Below, in pieces: positions 25,490 through 30,641 of a DNA stretch of 30,641 nt (positions are counted from its first letter, which is position 1; each line of letters begins with the position of its first letter). A model generated the notes under the pieces. The model was not told where the DNA came from, searched no databases, and worked only from the letters and a program-made list of their open reading frames with translations. Source of the stretch: a virus (taxonomy: Duplodnaviria; Caudoviricetes); IMG/VR virus record IMGVR_UViG_3300023105_001878, positions 1-30,641 of that record. One strand, given 5' to 3'. Made by a program: the position numbers and the translations under genes.

Positions 25490-25506
25490 TAATTTATCCT
25501 ATATGT

Positions 25507-25540
25507 AAAAAAGTAGAGCTATGCATTACATAGCCCTACT
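25507..25540 (-). terminator. Rho-independent terminator between ssb and uvsX
   Basis: Minus strand AGTAGGGCTATG-TAATG-CATAGCTCTACT then a T tract: 12-bp stem with one G-U pair. Confidence 0.85.
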
Positions 25541-25551
25541 ATTATCAAACG

Positions 25552-26532
25552 TTAGTCGTTTTGACGTGCACGAATCATTGCAAGAATATCTTGCGATTGT
25601 GGTGCTGCTGTTTCTGCTGCTGGTGCAGGATCAGGCTCAAAAGGCGGGTCAACAGGTGTTGATTCTGATACTGTTTCAACTGGCGCTGCTGGTGCAGGCG
25701 AAGGTGTTGATGCCGGTGCAGGTGCTGCTGTTTTTACTGGATCGCCAGTATTCATACCTGGAGCTTTAAAATACTGCCCCCAGGCATCTGGATCATATGC
25801 TTCGCCATCGACAGATGCTTCAAACATATCTGTCATTACTTTGATAGCAGTTTCATCAGGTTGACTTGGCAAAAAGTCGTTAAGGTTAAACAAACCATAG
25901 TTGTTTACAGCATGCATTTCCGCATCACTTAGTGGGCGTTCTCTACGTGCCCATGTAGATGTAGAATAGTCTGCATAACCGCCCTTTGAACTTTTGTTAA
26001 GTCTAAAATCAATACCCTGAGTATAATCAGTTGGAAGTTCTTCCATATCAGGATCCATAAGAGCTTGTTTGATAATTTGGAAGATCTGAGGACCAATGAT
26101 AAATCGTCGGATAGGATTCTCCGGCGCTTCGTCGTCAGTAAGAGGATTGTCTGTTACAAAACCTTGGAAGATGTAACTGCGTTTCTTCCAATACTTACGA
26201 CCCATGTCTTCAAGACTTGGATCTTTAAACCAACCACGTACTTCCGAAAGAATAGGACAGCTTGCTCCATACATTTCCATACAGGGAACTTGAACTACAA
26301 TCGGTTTACTGTCTGTTTGACCTTTAATACCCGCAAACGGGAGCTTGATCATTAGACGTTCACGCCAGAAAAAAGTGTTATCAGGATCGCCATCAGGAAG
26401 GAATCGAATAGTTGCACTTTCGCCTTCTTTGATATTCCAAAATGGGAAAATAGGATTAGGACCGCTTGGACCTTGAGTTGAGTTGCTTTCTTGCTGTTGC
26501 AGTTTTGCTCGGATTTCAGCTAGTGATGTCAT
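25552..26532 (-). CDS. Single-stranded DNA-binding protein, T4 gp32-like, about 326 aa
   Basis: ATIRFLP, C…CPI, YWKKRSY, GIDFRLNK…GGYADYSTS.W, Pro/Ala-rich tail; likely start MTSLAEIRAKL at 26532. Confidence 0.88.
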   Translation of the reverse strand: MTSLAEIRAKLQQQESNSTQGPSGPNPIFPFWNIKEGESATIRFLPDGDPDNTFFWRERLMIKLPFAGIKGQTDSKPIVVQVPCMEMYGASCPILSEVRGWFKDPSLEDMGRKYWKKRSYIFQGFVTDNPLTDDEAPENPIRRFIIGPQIFQIIKQALMDPDMEELPTDYTQGIDFRLNKSSKGGYADYSTSTWARRERPLSDAEMHAVNNYGLFNLNDFLPSQPDETAIKVMTDMFEASVDGEAYDPDAWGQYFKAPGMNTGDPVKTAAPAPASTPSPAPAAPVETVSESTPVDPPFEPDPAPAAETAAPQSQDILAMIRARQND

Positions 26533-26539
26533 AATATTT

Positions 26540-26571
26540 TTGCCTTTCATTGCCTTAATATATTGTGCCTA
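26540..26571 (-). promoter_or_regulatory. ssb leader with three AGGCA repeats, including the 18-nt element TAAGGCAATGAAAGGCAA
   Basis: Minus strand TAGGCACAATATATTAAGGCAATGAAAGGCAAAAATATT-ATG. Confidence 0.7.
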
Positions 26572-26597
26572 AAGATGTAATATAAAGCACATTGTCT

Positions 26598-26626
26598 ATA
26601 TTACATAATAATATTTAGTCTGTCAA
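26598..26626 (-). promoter_or_regulatory. Sigma70-type promoter for ssb with a TAAATA motif nested in its spacer
   Basis: TTGACA (26621-26626), 17 nt containing TAAATA (26612-26617), TAATAT (26598-26603). Confidence 0.78.
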
Positions 26627-26633
26627 CTAGTTT

Positions 26634-27056
26634 TTATAAATTTTTGATATAATTTTCTAAGTCTACAGATTCAGGAAGTTTGTTCGCAGCTAGAAATTTA
26701 TAATCACGACGAGTGTTACTATCTTTATTGATATTGCGAACATCAAAGCCTAACATTCTAGATCTAGAAAACTGTCTTAAACCTTTTAGAAAGTTATACC
26801 AATCTTGTCTATCGTGCTCTGCTTCATCACCTACAAGATTATCACTATACATTATAGTAATTTTTTCTGGGTCTAAAGCACAACTTACTTTGCCTACAAC
26901 TGCACCTTTATCTGCATATTCAAAATCATAAAATCGTGCATCAGAAGGAACATTAGTTGTATTGCCATCTGCATCGCCGATAGTTATATTTGGAAATCTT
27001 CCTCTTATTTTGTTAAAAAGCTGTTCAGCTACAGTGTTCAATCTATCATCTGCCAT
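26634..27056 (-). CDS. Hypothetical phage protein, 140 aa
   Basis: GAGGA SD, TAATG coupling with the upstream gene; LFNKIRGRF…ARFYDF…WYNFLKGLRQF. Confidence 0.75.
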   Translation of the reverse strand: MADDRLNTVAEQLFNKIRGRFPNITIGDADGNTTNVPSDARFYDFEYADKGAVVGKVSCALDPEKITIMYSDNLVGDEAEHDRQDWYNFLKGLRQFSRSRMLGFDVRNINKDSNTRRDYKFLAANKLPESVDLENYIKNL

Positions 27057-30000
27057 TAGTTTTCCTCATCTTTTAATAAATCTGATCTAATATCAAACTC
27101 GTTACCGTATCCCGGAGGATCTTTCAGTTGTGGCATATATTCGCCTGCAAGATTTATATAAGAGTCTAGATAATTATCAAGCATAAAGCCTGTCATCAGG
27201 GTAACAACTTCTATACGTTTCAAACCAGGATTATCATGGAATACTGCTTTGCCCACCTCTTTAATGTAAGGATCTTTTTTTGCCTGTCCCGGTTTTGAAA
27301 ATTGTGTTAAAGTTTCAAAATGTTGTTTTCTTCTTTTGAATAACATACGTCTTACTTCTTCAGGTGTACTATCAATTACTGTATCTCTAATAAACTTTTT
27401 ACGCTGCTTTTCAGTCTCAAGTTTTTTCCCTTCATTGTCGAATAAAGGTAGTCCTATCTTATCCGTTAATGTACGCCTCCAAGCAACAGTATCGCCCCCG
27501 CCGGATCGCAGCCCGAGCCGTTGAGGACCATACTTTAAATACCAATCTAAAAAGTCGTCTCTACTTCTGCCACTAAACGGCATTTTATCAATAGGTATAT
27601 TTTTAACTATAAATGCAATTTGTTCTGCAACTGTGTTATATAAATCCGATGGCTCTAAATCTAATGCATCATACATTTCTTTTATTGTTTGCCATAGTTC
27701 CCACATATATTTGTAAGGTTCAAAGTCTTCATAAGTGTATTCATTAGGATTTTTTGGTTGGCCTTCGGCATCTACAAGAGTACTTCTTATTTCATCCCAT
27801 AACCTAGATGCTTCTCTTAATTTCGAACTGACCACATTGTCGATTAATGTTTCCATGCTATCTAAATGATTATCATAATTTAATTGCATATTATCATCTG
27901 TAATTAAACTTTCTAATTCATCTATCTTCTCTAACACATTCAGTAAATCTTCAAGTTCGATATTATTTGTATTTTTATAAATTTCAATGAAATCTTTTTG
28001 AATTTCGTACCATAAAACAAAAAACGGGTCATTATTTCTTTCTAGCCTACGATTTAATTCTAAAATTGATTTTTCTAATTGCTCTAGTTTTTGTTCGACA
28101 GCACTTGTATTTAGATCTAATTCAGGAAAGCCGCGAGGATATGCTGCATTTAATTTATCTACATTTGATTCTTGAAAAATTGTTAAAAGCTGTGTTACAA
28201 TATCTTGATTTATATCTCTGTTAGATTGTTTATCAAGTTCTTCTTGTGCTAAATCGTTTGCCTGATCAAGATCAGAATCAATATCGGCTAGTTTTACCCT
28301 GAACAGATTTTGTAAATTTTCATCAACGTCTTTTAACTTATTACTAATTCTAGTATTTTCATAATACTTGTTGTCTAAACTTTGAAACACTGTTACAATA
28401 TAACTTACTACATTGTTGATGTCTTTGATAGATCTATTACCTATGTCATTTGTAGCAACGTTTATTGCTTCTAAGATTAAATTCAAAGTTTCTAAGGTTC
28501 GTGTTGTAATTACACTAGCACTAATTTGTTCATCACGCAAATTAAATTGTGCCTGTATAGCATATGCATTTGCAGATCGTTGCGCACGAATCTGTTCTGC
28601 TTTTTCTTCTGCACGTTGTCTTATTTGTTCTCTGTTTGCAAATTCTTCTTCACCGGCTGTGCTGCTCATTTGTACAAGTTCAAACATTTGATCGGCTTGG
28701 GTTTGTGCTTTTTTATCTAAGGCAGCATAATCCACTGACACTTCTGCACGTTCAATAGCAGTATCTTTTCTATTATCATAATCACTTATACGTCCGGGCA
28801 GTCCTCTAGCAAACCAGTCAATATAATATTTTATTTGAAGACTATTAGCTATTGTGTGTAAATTAAAACCTACCCAATTTGTTTTTTCACCTGTTTCGTC
28901 ATCTGTAGTGGTTAATTTCAAAGGAGGCCTATTCGGTAGTTTTAAGGTAATAGGATTTCCTTCTTGTAGTTTTGATAACTTGTTTAATGACTCAACTGTA
29001 ATATATAAATTTTGTAAGGTATTGATAGCTTGCATTCTATCTTCGGGTGAAATCACATAATTTTTGTAAACTGCTTTGTCTTTTAAACTTTTTTTCAAGT
29101 TTTCATAAAAATCTAATTGTTGACTGTTAGCAGTTTTTACATAATTACGCACTAAGTCCAATACCTGCTTTTCTGTATCTAAAGCTCCTAACGGCAATGT
29201 AAAAGCAGGCATAGCCTTATTATTTTTAGGTAGACCACCGCCCGATATATATGTTGGACGCTGTGTAGAAGCCTCTCTCCACAGCAGATCAGGAATTTGC
29301 TTATAGAAATTTTTCATAGACTCTGCATCAGCTGCTTTAAATTGTTGTAGCTTTGCATATCGTTCTGCTTCTTTTTGCAATTTGATTAATTTTGCAATAG
29401 CTGCTTTCCATGCAGCCATAGCTTGTTTTGCAGCTATTGCATCTTTTGTTTCCTGATACTTTAACTGGTAATCAGCAATGCCTTGTGCTAGTGGTGCTAA
29501 CTGTTGTAAATAAGGCAAAGTCTGATTTATTTGAGGTCTCAGCACATCCCTGATGTAAGCTCGAAGCGGATCAGCTGGACGTATTTGATCACCTTCTTTA
29601 GATAGATACACTTTAAGTTCTTTAGAGAAATAAAGGTCTAATAATGACTGTTCCGTAGGTGATAAATTTGGATCGTTTGTTCTAAAATTTTTATTCTTTT
29701 TGTTATCATAAATTTTTTGCCACTGATCCCAAGAAAAAACAGCAAGTTCTTTTGAGGTTGCTCCGGTGTTTGGGTTAAAAGCTGCATATGGATTAATCGG
29801 ATCTACATCAAGATTATCTGCTGCGTCGTAATATGTAGAAAATAAACCATCAAAAATCTCAAATTGTTTTTCTATACCACGTTGCAGATTAGGTAGTATG
29901 TTGTTTTGAACTTCAATCCACGATATTTTTTTATTTGTTAAATCACTTAATGCTACATTAAATGCAACTTCTTTACGCCTAGCATTTACTAATGCTTTAC

Positions 30001-30640
30001 GTAAAACATCATAAGGTATATCTAGATCTAAATCTGGAATGTCAACCTTTTGTGTAAGACTGTGTGTTTCTATACCATAGTCGCCGTCAACTTTGAGACC
30101 GTTATCTTTTTGAAATTCTTTTATTTTTTTTACAAGCTCGTCGTCATAAGGATCATTTGTTTTGGATTGTAAATTAAAAGTTTTTCTAACCTGGTTAGCT
30201 AGTTTATTTAAACTTTTATTTTTAGGATAAAATCTTGCACATTTCATTAAACCCACATTAGACGCAAAGTAATCCTTAAAACTTTTATAGTCCGCTTTGG
30301 GATCACCGCAGGTAGTTCTTTCTGCAGCTCTATATTGCAATACCCTCGGCATATGAGCTGTTAGTGCCCATTCACGTCTGTTGCCAATAAAAGGATTACC
30401 CCTAGCTACAATATCACCTTTAACAAAATTCTCCCAGTCTCTTACTGCTTTATCTGCAACTTCTTGTTCGATAGTAACTCCAGCGATAGCTGCTGTACCT
30501 AACTGGCGAAGATCTTGCGCAGTATAAGTCTCCTTCTTATTTTTAAGACGGTTATAAACTATTTGAGGTGTCTGTCTTTGTTCAGACAAAACATATTTTT
30601 TTGTAATATCATTTATCTTTTTTTCATAGGTGTTATACAT
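27056..30640 (-). CDS. Giant alpha-helical protein (1194 aa or more) with a peptidoglycan-binding motif; probable virion protein. The start is at the window edge and may lie further upstream.
   Basis: YDDELVKKIKEFQKDNGLKVDGDYGIETH (about nt 30061-30150) fits the PG_binding_1 pattern FQxxxGLxxDGxxGxxT; long coiled-coil-like stretches. Confidence 0.65.
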   Translation of the reverse strand: MYNTYEKKINDITKKYVLSEQRQTPQIVYNRLKNKKETYTAQDLRQLGTAAIAGVTIEQEVADKAVRDWENFVKGDIVARGNPFIGNRREWALTAHMPRVLQYRAAERTTCGDPKADYKSFKDYFASNVGLMKCARFYPKNKSLNKLANQVRKTFNLQSKTNDPYDDELVKKIKEFQKDNGLKVDGDYGIETHSLTQKVDIPDLDLDIPYDVLRKALVNARRKEVAFNVALSDLTNKKISWIEVQNNILPNLQRGIEKQFEIFDGLFSTYYDAADNLDVDPINPYAAFNPNTGATSKELAVFSWDQWQKIYDNKKNKNFRTNDPNLSPTEQSLLDLYFSKELKVYLSKEGDQIRPADPLRAYIRDVLRPQINQTLPYLQQLAPLAQGIADYQLKYQETKDAIAAKQAMAAWKAAIAKLIKLQKEAERYAKLQQFKAADAESMKNFYKQIPDLLWREASTQRPTYISGGGLPKNNKAMPAFTLPLGALDTEKQVLDLVRNYVKTANSQQLDFYENLKKSLKDKAVYKNYVISPEDRMQAINTLQNLYITVESLNKLSKLQEGNPITLKLPNRPPLKLTTTDDETGEKTNWVGFNLHTIANSLQIKYYIDWFARGLPGRISDYDNRKDTAIERAEVSVDYAALDKKAQTQADQMFELVQMSSTAGEEEFANREQIRQRAEEKAEQIRAQRSANAYAIQAQFNLRDEQISASVITTRTLETLNLILEAINVATNDIGNRSIKDINNVVSYIVTVFQSLDNKYYENTRISNKLKDVDENLQNLFRVKLADIDSDLDQANDLAQEELDKQSNRDINQDIVTQLLTIFQESNVDKLNAAYPRGFPELDLNTSAVEQKLEQLEKSILELNRRLERNNDPFFVLWYEIQKDFIEIYKNTNNIELEDLLNVLEKIDELESLITDDNMQLNYDNHLDSMETLIDNVVSSKLREASRLWDEIRSTLVDAEGQPKNPNEYTYEDFEPYKYMWELWQTIKEMYDALDLEPSDLYNTVAEQIAFIVKNIPIDKMPFSGRSRDDFLDWYLKYGPQRLGLRSGGGDTVAWRRTLTDKIGLPLFDNEGKKLETEKQRKKFIRDTVIDSTPEEVRRMLFKRRKQHFETLTQFSKPGQAKKDPYIKEVGKAVFHDNPGLKRIEVVTLMTGFMLDNYLDSYINLAGEYMPQLKDPPGYGNEFDIRSDLLKDEEN

Positions 30641-30641
30641 T

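Larger units (their letters stand above)
1..30641. other. Fragment of a large T4-like/jumbo tailed phage genome (replication-recombination module with auxiliary metabolic and glycosylation genes)
   Basis: Co-occurrence of gp32-like SSB, UvsX, UvsY, UvsW, T4-type primase and helicase; TAAATA motifs before several genes; overlapping stop/start codons; no cellular housekeeping synteny. kdsA/kdsB imply a Gram-negative host (inference). Confidence 0.93.

Noticed and set aside
25521-25769. 82-aa hydrophobic plus-strand ORF resembling a membrane protein
   Set aside because: It is the antisense reading of the Pro/Ala-rich SSB tail, and its start lies inside the terminator hairpin.
915-29060. Numerous 60-126-aa antisense or nested ORFs in the track
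   Set aside because: All lie within longer, well-supported genes and show no recognisable motifs or start signals.
1-30641. CRISPR arrays, tRNAs, rRNAs, IS elements, introns/inteins, stop-codon reassignment
   Set aside because: No repeat-spacer periodicity, cloverleaf or transposase motif was seen; intergenic gaps are tiny; core genes are uninterrupted and full-length under the standard code.
1-30641. Bacterial chromosome or eukaryotic giant-virus origin
   Set aside because: The gp32/UvsX/UvsY/UvsW set, sigma70 plus TAAATA motifs, SD sequences and overlapping operonic genes fit a large bacteriophage; kdsA, kdsB, pckA and def lack their usual cellular neighbours.

Overview
The window is an AT-rich, densely coding fragment of a large tailed dsDNA phage with a T4-like replication and recombination module: gp32-like SSB, UvsX/RecA, UvsY, UvsW, primase, gp41/DnaB-like helicase and a probable clamp-loader small subunit. 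Sigma70-type promoters and TAAATA late-promoter-like motifs are both present. Almost all genes are on the minus strand. Accessory content includes (i) two different stripped-down DnaE (Pol III alpha, family C) genes of 544 aa and 189 aa; (ii) a translationally coupled kdsA-kdsB-pckA cassette with a miniaturised PEP carboxykinase, plus a nearby glycosyltransferase/methyltransferase cluster carrying three KpsS/KpsC-like domains, together suggesting a phage Kdo-glycosylation pathway; (iii) a peptide deformylase; and (iv) two giant probable virion proteins, one with an HExxH metallopeptidase motif and one with a peptidoglycan-binding motif. The strongest non-coding signal is an 18-nt element (17/18 identical) over the ribosome-binding regions of both the ssb gene and the 544-aa dnaE gene, 21 kb apart. 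I saw no tRNA, rRNA, CRISPR array or IS element. All family calls come from motif recognition by eye; no database search was run.
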